Shown here: one piece after another, positions 26,572 to 40,400 of the stretch
Layout: every line of letters begins with the position of its first letter
How positions within the stretch are numbered: position 1 is the stretch's first letter
DNA from: Chrysomallon squamiferum
Taxonomy: Eukaryota > Animalia > Mollusca
Direction: 5' to 3'
Length of the DNA: 64,000 bases
Assembly: GCA_012295275.1 (NCBI GenBank)
Contig: CM022665.1
Coordinates: forward strand, 38,254,001-38,318,000
Notes under the pieces: generated by a model
The model's database searches: none
What the model was told of the DNA's origin: nothing
What the model saw: only the letters and a program-made list of their open reading frames with translations
Position numbers and translations under genes: made by a program

Positions 26572-27647
26572 ATCGGAAGTTTTCAAATAAAATCCGGAAG
26601 TTCTGTAGTCTTGATTTCAAATACTGTATTCAGCATTGGAAATCTGTATTTCCTGGAACGAGTCAGAATGAGCCCCGGAACGGACTTTACCGAAAGTAAG
26701 GTGTATCGAGGATAATACGAATAAATGATCTTATAAAATTATTTGTAGGTGAAAGTTATTATTTCATCATTCATAGCAAAGTATAACAATAAAATAATAC
26801 GTCTACAAAATATATGAACACTGCCATTTTACATGTGATGTAAACAATTTTATTAGACTAGTTATCGTTTGTTTATTGTTAATTAATTTGTTATATAAAT
26901 ACATATGCATAAATCCAAATTGAAATTTTTTTTTGAAAAATTGGGTTAGTAGACGCACCCATACAGACACAGAGAAACACGTCGACGTGATTAATGGGGA
27001 AGGGGATGAGACATAATTTATGAGACAAGATAGGGAATACCTCACAATTTAGGAATATAAAACGTAAAATAAGCAGCATTCAAACAATGGTATAATTCCA
27101 AATTATTGTTTTATACTAGTAATTAACGAGTTCGTATTTACTTAAATGAACTAATACGTTAAAAGTTTTCTAAACGAAGAATCTTTCACATAGTTACATA
27201 TCCATTCACCACAGATTCTTGATATTTTATTTAATTTCTTGATTTTAGATACATTATTTATTTTAAACCGTAAATAGTTTTTAACATAATTAAATTTGTG
27301 ATAACCGAACAGTTTATGCTCAGTACGTTATTTTATTACCATAGGTTTTTTTTAAATTTTCTTTTTAAAATTGTACGGCTAACGGTTTAATAGCTTTATC
27401 ACGGTTTCTGTTACATATATATATGTATTTCTTTTTTTTTCTTCAGAATTTGGAATGCATTACATATTTATTACTAAAAATACAATGTCTTTGTGAAATA
27501 AGTATTGATTTTAAAAAAAAAGATAGAAACACAATAAAAATATAATGGTGACAGTAGATACGAAACGATGGCAAAAGATGTCGACTGTTCTGGTGGAGAG
27601 CGTTCATTTGGCGGGAAAATTGGTTGGCGTTTGTTGTGGTTAACATC
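26572..27647. promoter_or_regulatory. Bidirectional CpG-enriched promoter region between CCDC32 and WDHD1
   Basis: Divergent ATGs 1076 bp apart; CpGs visibly denser than flanks; ETS-type CGGAAGT 26574-26580, CCGGAAGT 26594-26601, CCGGAAC 26675-26681; palindrome CACGTCGACGTG 26978-26989; E2F site TTTGGCGGGAAA 27607-27618. Confidence 0.75.
27607..27618 (+). promoter_or_regulatory. E2F binding site (TTTGGCGGGAAA) about 30 bp upstream of the WDHD1 ATG
   Basis: Matches overlapping E2F consensus TTTSSCGC/GCGGGAAA; expected for a G1/S replication gene. Confidence 0.7.
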
Positions 27648-27712
27648 ATGAATTCGATGCGTTATGCTCACACTGAAGGCCATACCGATGTATGCTATGA
27701 TGACACAGGAAG
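27648..27712 (+). CDS. WDHD1: WDHD1 coding exon 1
   Basis: MNSMRYAHTEGHTDVCYDDTG; donor GTAAAA. Confidence 0.93.
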
Positions 27713-30700
27713 GTAAAAATAATAAAAGTATAGAAGTAACCAATTACTGGATTTGTTTTGTTTATAAACACATTTTTGACAGTGAATCTGAATGATAGAA
27801 AGTTGTGTGACGGTGTTACTCAAAAAGTAGATTCTTATCATTCTAATATATTATATAGATAATAGAGTGATACTGAATCCAGTAATTGAGGGGTAGTTTC
27901 ATAAGCATTTGATATTTCTTTTGTTTATAAAATTATTTTTAACATTACAGTTAAATACATTACAGTTTGAATTTAATTCACAGAATGTTTTGATTTTTCA
28001 CTAAAACATTCCAAATGAATTTATTTGTATTACCGACAACAAGGTACTAAGCTACAAAATCACCTCAATTTTCAGATTCATATTTATCAAAATATATATC
28101 AGCAGTAATATAAGACATTCATTATCAATTTATAACATTTAATAATTCACTTCAATACTGAATCATGTAACTTTGAATATAAATTGTTTTATATAATTTT
28201 TTATTATTTTTTTAATGAAGATCAGGTTATATTTTCTAGATTGTAATGCAGGGCTTCACTTTAGCAATAGGCAGGGGTTTCAGCTACTGATATCTCCCCT
28301 GGGATACCAGCGTTCTAACTGGTAGTCTGCCTAGCTACTATGTTTTTTTTTTCTGCCTCTAAAGTGTTTTAACAGTTCATCCATGTCTGAAATTCCACCT
28401 TTCATGTGTGTTCACCTGACATGAGTTGCTGTAACAATCTTAATTGCTTCTTTGGTCTGAGCACACAAATTTAAAACAAGCCAGTCAGTAATGGTCATTT
28501 CTATGGCAAGTGTTTGGCCAATATTTAATGACGGAAACACTGAAAATGAAAACAACAAAAAAGAAATAGCTATAATTCTATGAAAAAGCGAAATGGTCAA
28601 GAGGTCTTGTGTAATCATGGAAAAGGGAGTTTGAATGGATGACATTTCACAAAGGAAAATTGCTATATTTTTTATGAAATTGCAGCTAGAAGATTAAAAA
28701 AATAATAATAATTTGTTGGATACAAAAAGTGCTGTAAAAAATAGCATGTAATGAATCTCATACAAATGCACTGCAGCAGAGTTAGCAAAACAAGTCAAAA
28801 CAGTGGAAGCTTTACACATATTAAATAAAACAAACACTGAACAATTAAATTATTTAACTGGGCTACCAATTTATACCAAAGGATACCAAATTTTATAACC
28901 TGGAAAAAAAAGTTTGGTCAAGGCCTGTTATGTTTATTACTCTTTTTTTTTTTTTTTCAATTACCAGCATTAGTTTTATTATTCATTTAAATATTAAGTT
29001 CATTGTTCTCAGAATTTTATTTTGTTGATGTCATTGACATTGAAGTACTGGCATATTTAATTTTTTCTTGAAGGAAAAATATAATGGATTAGAATGAAAC
29101 AATTTTTGTACAAGGTTATTTTTAATTGTACAAGAAAGTGTTTAAATATCAAGTTACATGCAGTTAGTATGCCATGTATTCATTTATTTTACGTAGAATG
29201 AGAGAACTGTTTCATTAATAAAAAGAGCATCAGTATTAGAAACACTTACCTTTTAATTCATCACAGACACCAATATATTATCAAAAGAATAATAATTTAA
29301 AACATTATTGCACATGGTTAATCATTTTGACATTGTTTCATTCAATTCTTAATAGTTTCATTTCTCAAATTTTGTTAGACTTAGAAGAGTTTAAATACTA
29401 TAGATTGATTTTAATTTTTATAAATTATATTACCTAATGCCTTAATGCTTTTTTAATGTTTCAGATACGTAATAACCAGTGGAGCAGATGGTGATGTTAG
29501 AATTTGGGATGGTATCGATGATGATGATGCTGTTTCACATAAAATTTCAGATAGAATTTACGCCATTGCATTCAAGGTGGTTCTTTTAGATAATATATTA
29601 TTTCATTACTTTCAATTTCAACTGTAAAGGGTGTTTGAAATTAAACTTTCATGTCCAAAGCAGTTTCTTGTAATTGAGTTTAAGGACTAGAAAGAAGAAT
29701 AATTATTTACAACAAAATAATAATCTGTTCCAGGAAGTTTACAAGACAGTACAAAAATACAATTTATATATTAATTATTAGACTTTTGATAATTCACCTT
29801 ACAATGGAACGAATAAAATACTTTGAAAGAAATGATTAAAATACAAAATAAAATTATATTAATAGTCCAGTATCATGTTTTTATATTTGTACTTGTAGGT
29901 TCACCTCCTCCACAAAAAAAAGAAGAAATTCATTCTATTTTTTAAATTGAAAATAAGAAGGGTTAATGCAATTTCTGAAATGCCTACTTATTTTCACCAA
30001 ATATTTAATTTTTCTAATTTATTGTTTTTAGAATCGCAACATCTACACTGCAACTGAAGATAACACTGTACAGATTCACTCATTTCCCCATGGAGAACCA
30101 TGTGGCATTGTTACTCGTTTTTCTGCTCCTGTCTCACATATGCACTTCAACAAGCCAGGTTCTGTCATGGTTGCTGGATCCAGGTAAAATTCTATTTATA
30201 GGTCTAGGCACTCCAAAAGATGCTAATTTTAGTGATTTTTTCATTTAGATTTGTTGTGTGTTTATACCCCAGTTTCAATAAAAGACATTTCAAACAAAAG
30301 GTTCATGTTTTGTCTTGAAGCATAAGAATAACTGCTTCACAGACAAGATTCACCAGGCTGCTCTACAGCTGCAACCTGATGCTGACTTTCTCAAGTTCAT
30401 CATTAGAGAGGCAAAGCAGGCTGCTGCCAAGGCTGAGCTCACACACAAGATCCTACAGCAAGGTGGACCCTGTGTGATAGCAAATGATGTTGAGGCTATT
30501 GTGGTTCAGTTTTGAAACGAACACACACCTCTGCTTAATGTCTTGAAAGAGAGCAGACCAGGTATCAAAAAATGGTATTTGGGCCAAAAAAAGATGACCT
30601 CCTGTTTTCAGGCAATGTCAAAGAATGATCACCAAGATGTTGAAGATTAAAACGAAGATGAGCCTCCAGAAAAGTATTGTGTCTTCAACTTGAAGACAAC

Positions 30701-33700
30701 ACCCTGGAAGAGGCAGAACATTTCTACTTTGAAAAGCACATTATTATCGCCAATTTTATACTGGCCAAGCTGTCCACATCTCAGTCAAAAACTCAGCAGT
30801 TGTTAAGTTCTTGGAGGGAATATCTGCATGAGAAGATTATTGGTGCATGTGGCTGAAACATTTGAGTACTCTGCTTTCAAGTGGGACTTGAAGTGAAACC
30901 AGTGAGCAACAACTCCAGGATGTGGCAAGTGCTTGGATTCAGGATGTCACTTCTTAAAGGTGCTGAAACAGAGGTTGTAATGATGTTAGCTAACAAAATG
31001 AATTTTACTTTTCATCTGTGATTGTCAGAAATGTGTGCTGTCATGCAGAACTTTTAATTCTGATTATTTTGGTATATAAAACTTAGTGATAGAACAAGTA
31101 GAACAGGATTTGTAATGTTTTTATACCTTTTGTTATTGATGATTTGGTGAAATTGGTGAATTTAAGCAAATTTGATATGAAATTCCTGTTTATATGCAAA
31201 GTAGTTTCCATATCAAACCTTAAAAATCAGGATTTCCCTTATTTGCAAATTGCAAACAAATTATGTCAGAACAATTAAATATTTTAAAAACTCATAACTT
31301 CAGAACTATTGAAGTGATCCATGTATATGATCTGTACAAATGTGTAAATTCTAAAACTACTATTAATAAAAACAAATCATTTTGGAGTAATTAATTAGAC
31401 TAATATTCAGCTGTTGTTTTCTCAATTAGTCCTCCTTAGTATGCCAATTCAGCTGTTCTCCACTGAGGGAGAACTGGTTTTTTTTAAATAATTTTTTGCA
31501 TATGAATTGAAGGTGCCAGTTATTAAAAATGACTTTATAAACAAATTTAAGAAGGAATGTTTAGCATAATGTCTATTACTGTACATTTTCAAACCCTCCA
31601 AAATTTGAGTAAAATATATGGTTTCATTTAAAACTTCCCCCAAAATCCCTGTGATCTTGGTTTTATATAAACTTGCTTCTATTTTCATTATTCTTCTTTT
31701 AAAACAAAAAATTTGTCCATTCCAGTGATTTCAAATTGAAAATTGTGGTGGTTGAAACAAATATACAGAAAGGTTGCTATGGACATGAAGCCCCAATTTT
31801 AAGTGTGGCAATGGATCCTAAAGAGAAATATTTTGTAAGTTTTATGTTTTAAAACTTTTTTCAGTTTTTCTTATCAATATTATTTTCAAAAACAGCTTTT
31901 GATATTAGTCTCTAACATTAGATATCATTTTCAAACCATTGAATTTCAGGAATTTTAAGCCATGATTATGAAAATATTAGGTACATATTCTGTTTCTTAT
32001 GCTTTTACATTGATACTGTTTTTTTTATTTTTCCCTTTACCCAGTTTTGTAGCACATTGCATTCTTATTTTCCAGTATTAAAGAATTGTAAATATAAAGG
32101 TAAATTTCAAAGATTAGTTTTATTTTCAGGTTTCTTCTAGTTGTGATGGCAGTGTTAAAGTGTGGAACATGAAAGAACAAAAATGTGAGAAAACCTGGTT
32201 CTTGTTACCCAAGTGTAATGATGTCAGGTATATGCATTTTTTACAGTATTAGTAATACAGTATCATTTTACAAAATGTATGAATGTTTTAATACTTTTAA
32301 TAATAATAGTTTTTCTAGTTTTATTTTTGATTGGTATATCTGTAAATGATCCAAAGACTATTTATTACATGACATCAATTAAATAAAAAATTGTGTATGG
32401 AAGCAGAAAATACTAATAATTAAAATTTACTATAAATATATGTTTTTATGCAGCATTTTAGTTTATTCATGGATAAGATCCTTTTGCCACACTGTCAACT
32501 AGTAAAAGGTTCATTTTCAATTTATTAATAGTTCTTTTTAATCCACTTTTTAATAAACTTTAAGTCAAATTTTTTATTAATTTTTGTACTTCAATCAGAT
32601 TTTGTTCTTATCTTTTTTCTGTGTTGGAAACAATTAATTTTATAATCATATTAAAGTTTTTAAAATTGTTTACTTTAGTTCATCCAAGACACTGTGTCGA
32701 GTCTGTTGGTCACGTGAAGGAAAGGCAAGTTAAATATTTCTTGGATAATAACTTTTATAAATATGTTTTCCATTTCTTTGAAAATAAACTACAGTAAAGA
32801 AAAAAGAAAGTAGTTCTAGAGAGAAAAAAAATTAACATTATTTTTTCTGTTTATCTTTTTTTTAAACAGCAAAGCACATATGTGTGTGAGTATGTTTGTG
32901 TATTAATATAACTGTTGATAAACAACTACAAATATGAGACATGACATGTGTTTACATTTCAGTTTTACTTTATTGTGTTTTGTAAAATAGCTCTGTTTCT
33001 AATGTTTAGCACTGCCTTTTTTTCAGTATCTCTTTGTTCCTGTTTTAAAAGAAATTCATGTTTACATGAGAAATTCATGGGATAAACTAACAACATTTAG
33101 TGACAGGAAGATCAGTGATGTAAGTTTTCGTATCACATATTTCAGATTAAACAATTAAAAATTACAACTCAAACTGGTAGGATTATGTTGAAAATATATT
33201 TGAATTGTAATTTAGGTATCTTAATTTCCATACAGCAAAGTAAATAATAAATATAGCTAGTGAAACATTTTATGTTTTTATATAACAAGCACTGGTATGT
33301 TACAGATTATGTAATCTTTCTTGAGGTCTGTGCTATTTTTAAATAAAATATTATTTTAGAACAATATGATAACAAGGACTAAATTTCAGAAGTGTATAAA
33401 ATATATTTATATTAATGTAGACTTCAGTTACAGTGATTTATCACCTAACACTATTTATGCTGTACATAGATTATTTATAATTGTTGAAGAACTTTTTAAA
33501 ACATCATTGAAATATTTTATATTTAGATCATTTATGTGATGAGCTTGTCTCCTGATGGTGTACGTCTAGGTCTTGGTTGTTTAGATGGGACTCTCTGTAT
33601 TTTTGATGTGGAACAGCAAAAAGTACTTACACAGTAAGAGAATTATGTCATATTGACTAATTCCAAAACAGACAAGTCTTAATGTGTCATCTTCTGATTA

Positions 33701-36700
33701 ATGTTTTAGAACTTTTAAAAAAGGGATAATTTAAAAATCAATCTCCTTATTTAACTATTGTGCTACACGTTGTTAACACTTGTTTTTTTTTGTGCTTTTT
33801 TTTAGGTATAACCATCGGAACAAGTTAACAATTACAGCACTGGCTTGGAATCCAACTAAAATCAATGAATTGGCTTTCTGTGATAATCATGTATTTACTT
33901 GTTAAAACACATTCGTTTTTTAGAAATAAGTTTTATAATTATACCAGATTTAATTTTACTTTTTTTTTTAATAAAGATGGGTCATTTACATATTTAATGT
34001 ATTTAGTTTTATTTTATCAAGAAATAGACTGAATGAATGTTAAATATATTGCAACTGTTTTTCTGACAATGATTTATTAAGAATAAGGAAATAGATAATA
34101 GAAACTAATTTTAAATACATAAACTAAAATGTTATGTGTTCTATAGCTTGATAAAATTATAAATCAGTTCTTAAAACAAATATAACAATTTTTGTATCTA
34201 CTTCATTAATGTTTTTCTTTTAATGAATTTAAAACCATTCTGTTCAGCAGAATTATTTATTTTTAAACCAATAGTAATAACAATATATTATGAATAGTGA
34301 AACTTGAAAAAAACTATATATAATTAATAATTTATAAATATGTAATGTTAACTTCACAGAGAAATATTTCCAAAATGCATAGGGAGAAAGACATTTTTTT
34401 AAATTTTGGGACTATTTCAGGGTCAACTTGGTGTTGTATTTGATACTCCAGTGCGAAATCCCTCTGACCAGGTAAGTTATATATATTTTTTTTATTTATA
34501 TAAAGATGATGTTTCTGAAAAAAAAGTTTCCACCTTTCCTTCTAACACATTATAAAATTAACACATTTTACAGTATGTGTTTATTAACACCTGAACTTTG
34601 AAAATTAAAGGAGAGAAACTTAAAAATTGGACAAAGTATCTTCTATTCACTGATTCATTGTTACAACTCAAAATGCTATCTGGCATTCAGTAAAAACGTG
34701 AAACAATGTAGACATGTCTGGGTTTTTTTTCTTCTGTTTGACTACTCAATTTTATTATTATCAACTATTTACTAATTCTGTCTTGGTTTACCAACACCCA
34801 GTAGCTTTTAGGATTTGACTACAATATAAAACAACAAATTTTGTGTAAACATGAAGATGATGATGGTTTTTTTCTAGGATGTTATTCGAACAACATCTAC
34901 TGAATCCACAGAGTTTGAAGATGATGATGATGATCTTCTGCTGGAAGCTGGTAGTCAAGGAAACATAGAGAGTATTAAAGATGAAGTTGTGGCAGAAGCT
35001 GCTGCTGCTGCCACTTCTTTTAGATCTGAGGATGAGGATGACAATGATAATCAGGGTACAAATAAATATTTTATTTAATAAGTTTAAAAAAACAGTTTTT
35101 AACTTAATTTCTTTTCTTTTAATCTTCTTATAAATAAAAATTAACTACTGCCATTGCATTGATATTCTTACTGCTTACCAAGAATACATCTTTTCTGCAC
35201 TATAATTTAGAAAAATAACAACATACTATGGCCTTTGAAAAAGCCAGTTGGGGTAATGGGATTTAGTCCTATAGGTGCAACAGATCTTTGTAGACAGATC
35301 TTTGTTCTAATTACTAATTTTAAAAAATATTTTAAAAGCAATTTGAAATTCTTTTAATCTACTAATTTTTTTCACAGATGTTCCAAAAGGACAAAGAGAT
35401 GAAGACGATAATAAAATCAGAGAAGAAAATAGAAAATATCGACCTGTCATCTTTCAAAAAGACTACAAACCACCACTATTACAGAAAGCATTTCAACCAG
35501 GCTCAACTCCAGAACACTTGCTGAACAGATTCATGGTATGAACATACTAAATTGAAGAAAATAAATTTCAAGTTGTTCACATGTAAACATTTTGAGATAC
35601 AATTTCCAGCCTATTTTATTGTTAATGTTATGTCTCAGTTAAGCATTAAAATACAAGTCCTTTGAAATAAAATTTAAAATTATACTAAAATATCAGACAT
35701 TGCACAAGCAGATGTGAGACGTTTTTATTTTACCATTTAATAAAGACATCTACATACTGATCATTTCTTATTATAATTTTAATTTTAAAAATCTAACAAC
35801 AACAAAAAAATCTATTATTATGTTTAAATTTAATATATCTATTTATAGATTTACAAAATCCAATAGTATTAAAAGAAATCTAAAGCCTGTAATTTAAATG
35901 TATTATCAAGATACTGAAATGGCAGATATGTTCTTAGTGTTCGAATAATGAAATGGAACATAATATAAAGAGCACTGTTTCAGAAATGGAACTCTGTTGG
36001 CATCATTAGGCAGTACAGTGGTGAAGACGAGAACTCGATTGATATTGAATTCCATGACTCGTCTACACACCATTCAATGCATATTAGCAACACTATGGAT
36101 TATACAATGGCTGACTTGTCTAATGAAGCTGTTGTATTTGCCTGTGCTGGGGATGATGATTCACCAAGGTGTGTGTCTTTCGGTTTTTTGTTTTTGGACT
36201 TTATTTTGGATAGTAAATTGTAATCTGAAAAGTACTTGGTGAATTTAAATGGTTAACTAATGTTGTTGCAGCTAAAAGTGGTAAAAATTTTTATTGTAAC
36301 AGTAGGGTCAGTCTGAGTTGGAATACTGAAGATATTGCTGTTATTTATAATCAGCTTTCAAATTTTATAGCTTAACAGAATAAATATATTAACTCTCACC
36401 AGCAAATTTTTAATTTTTAATATTTTATTCTGATTTATGTTATTTTCCAGTAAATTAACCTGCATGCATTTTGGATCCTGGGATTATTCAAAGGAATGGA
36501 CCATTAACATGCCTGATTCTGAAGATATTGTGGTAAGTATACTGGAATATATTGGTTAGATAAGTCATATCTTGTATCTTAGATTCCATATAATTATATA
36601 CAAGCATACAGGCACACGCTCACGCACACAGACACACATTATCTCAAATTATGTTCTGAAAATCATTTATAAGTTTAATTGTGTTAGATAAGTTTTCAGT

Positions 36701-37399
36701 ATTTTTGGAAAAAAAAAAGGAATGATGTTCCACCTGCATCAGTTTAAAATGTGACAATAAATTTTGTTATTAGCCAGTGCTCGTTTCAGAACTTGTATCA
36801 AACTTTAAAAATAAATTAATATACTAAAATAATTTTTCTAATCTGGAATTAAAATGTGAATATTCAGGCTGTTACTATTGGTGAAGGCTGGATTGCTGTG
36901 GCAACAGATTTTAGAAACATCAGACTGTTCACTGTTGGTGGAATTCAGCTAGAGATATTTTCCATACCTGGACCTGTGGTGTGTTTGGCAGGTGGAGGCA
37001 AACAACTCATAATTGTTTTTCACAAGGGTTTGGGTAAGATATCTGTTATCAATAAAATAAAAACATGTGAAAATCTGAAAGAAAGTTTGCTGTTTACTCT
37101 GATGCTTACAGTTTTAATATGTACAATTCCGATGTTAAACCAACAGAAAATTTTAAAATTTAATTTAATTTTATTTTATTTTATTTCAGACTAATTTTTG
37201 TGAGTGTGCATTTTTATGTCAAAGAATGTTGTACATTACTTTGTGTCTGGTAAAAGAGATGGAAAATTATGCTGTTTAATTTTTATCAAGCAAAAACATC
37301 TTTTAAAATCATAGTAATATTCATAGATAATACTGGTGCTAACTAACCAGATTTTCTACCATTTTTAAACATTATTTTACAGATGTTCATGTTGATATA

Positions 37400-37433
<34 letters not shown>

Positions 37434-40400
37434 GCTTTTCCTTAGGAAGTTGTTAATTATTAACTTTCTATTATAATTATTTTGTTTTTCTAAAAGCTAT
37501 TCCTGGTGATCAGTGCCTTGGTATCACTCTAATTAAAGTGTTTGGAAGGCCAAAAATGTTGATACATGAACAACACCTTCCGCTGAGTCCTTCAGCTACA
37601 CTTTGCTGGATTGGGTTAGTTTTGACAAAGATATTTTATGATTTTAAAAGATAATCCTAAATTGTTTTTAAAAAAATAATTGTGTTCAGTTTTCTGTATT
37701 TTAACTTAAAAGGTATCATATTAATTGGGTAAAATGTCAGAGAAAATTGAAAATGAGGAAAAAAAAACCACCAGCTTCTTGTAATTTTACTAATACTAAT
37801 TTTACGAAAGATCAATGCTTTTGCTTGAATTTAGATTTTGACAATTTAGTTCAGTGTTTATTTCCAAAATTCAGTTGCTGTTCTGATTCTGAGCATGCAG
37901 TCATTCTTTCATTTCTACAGTTATATAAATATTTTTTGAACTTTTAGATTTTCTACAGAAGGGACTCCTTTCTACATGGATTGTTCTGGGATAGTAAGAA
38001 TGTGGAATCGAGGTTTTGGAGGTACCTGGGTCCAGGTTGCGAACACAAGAGATCATGTAAGTAGTAACATACACAAGAAATTAACAGATCTAGCATTTGT
38101 TTTTAAGAGAAAAAACTTGTTCTTCATGAAACTGTTATAACTATGCAGATATACCATTGATATAGACTGATAAAATATAGAAGTCTAAGGCATGGTGTGT
38201 TTATATTGGAGTGAATCTTTCATGCTTGAATTGTTAGAATTATGACATACTTGGGTTTTGCAACCAGCATAGAACTTTGACTGAATGTGCAGTTCTAACA
38301 AAAACAAGAGTATTTAAACAAATTAAAATAAAATTTATCTTTACCTTCATTGCACTTTACAGAATTAAATTATTATGTATCTTGAGAATCATACTTTTTG
38401 GTTTGTGATCAAGTTATTTAAAGAAACAAACAAAAAAACAACAAAAACAACCCCCAAAACTGATTATTAATTTAGAAGTTGTATAAATAGAATACCAGAA
38501 TGATAAACTGTAGAAAATTATTTTCAGTAGGGAATCTATAATTTACAAATAGAAATATTAAAACAAATATTTAATAATTCTATTTATTTTCTGTTTTAAT
38601 TTGCAGGCAAAAGGTAAATCTGATCATTACTGGATAGTTGCAATACATGAAGATCCTCAGCAGCTTAGGTTTGTAATTTGATAAAATTCAATAATTTACT
38701 TCATGCAAACACTAAATGACTTGAGTTCCTTGATACATTTTACTTGTAAACTCCATTTCACATAAATGGTTTGATATCCTGAAGATATTTTAATTACCAG
38801 ATCAGTCCATCCTTTCAAACATTTTCATGGTGAATAAAGCATTTATTTATCAAATCCTTTGATATCTGTTTCCACTTAATGCATATAAAAACATCCCTTT
38901 CAGCAGCAAATTAGAGTAGTGCTTATTTTGCCTTAATAAGACTCTGCAAATTACAGTATCCATTAGATGCATATAAAAACATATCTAGCAGTAGAATAGT
39001 AATTTTTATGTAACTAGGATTTATGCAAAATGGCATTTTTTAATATATTAATTTTTTTTTTTAATATAGATGCATTCCATGCAAAGGATCAAGATTTCCC
39101 CCAACATTGCCTCGACCTGCTGTGGCCATGTTGCCTTTCCATATTCCTCTCTGTGAGCCTGTGATGGAGAAATCAGTATATGAGGTATAAATTAATGTAG
39201 TTAGCCATCGTTATATGAGTTTTATCATGTAAATGTTACATTTTTTTTTTTTTTGGATTGCAGAAATGATTATATGAAGAATGAAATTACTCTATAAATA
39301 AAGTAAATTGACCTTATAAAAGCAAATGTGATAATCAGTTTTAAAATAGTTTAAATTGATTTGTTATTATTTACCAGCATCGTTTGTTAAATTCCTATGA
39401 AAATTTATTATCATTATTGTTGATGCTCTTCATTTTGAATACTGTTACAAAATGATACAATGAAAAATAACTAAAAAGTAATAAATTAGATGATGACTTA
39501 GGAACTGAAATAGGATTATTTTAAAATGTACTAACAATAATATTTTTATTTTTTGCAACAGGAAACACTTTTCAGAACCAGATTGTTTGCTAATCATTAT
39601 TTTTTCCTGAGGACTGAGGGAATTCCTGTGGATGACTCTGAAACCAGAAGTATAATTCAGGAAACATTAATGAAACTTTTTGCAGTATGTTTGTGTTCAA
39701 TTTATTTACTGTTGTGATTTTTATATTTTAAATATTGTTTGATAATTTAAAAAGTAATTTCACATTTATCAGATTGCTGAAAAAAGGTGGGTTTTTGGGG
39801 TTTTTTTTTTGAGGTGTTGCAATTATTGAATACTTGGTTAATCAACATAGCAAACAAATGCTTTATTCTCTAGAATAGCTCCTGTCTATTTCCGAAATCT
39901 TTTCTACATGAGAACAAGCTTAAACACAGCTTTTATAAAATTCTTTAGATTTTGATGAAAAAAGGTTTTGAAGTTCTAACTCCAGTAGTTGCTTGTTGTG
40001 CAGTTTTCTGTTGATCATGATGTTGTCCAAGAACAAGAAAAGATGATAATTTGTTGGTAGCCTGCCAGGAGAGTATAGTGGATGTGTCATCCTAGGATAC
40101 CAAACTCAAGTTACACAGGACAAGTAACATACAGTTGATCAGTGTCCTGAAAGAAGATGACACCTTTGTGATGAACTATTGCAGGATGCTTCTGCTTATT
40201 TAGTGTTCACTTTTTGCTGCTGTGAACATCAGAATTTGATCGCAGTCTGGTAGTGAATGATCTACGGAGTTTCTGTGATACCAACTATGTTTATTAACTG
40301 TTGCCATACATATGGTTAAAGTTAACAAAAAAGAAAATATTTCTGAAAACTGCATACCTTATAATTTATATTTTTGTGCATTTTTTTCCATTAGCATCTT

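Noticed and set aside
35997-36242. ORF MASLGSTVV...
   Set aside because: Out-of-frame shadow of WDHD1 exon 13
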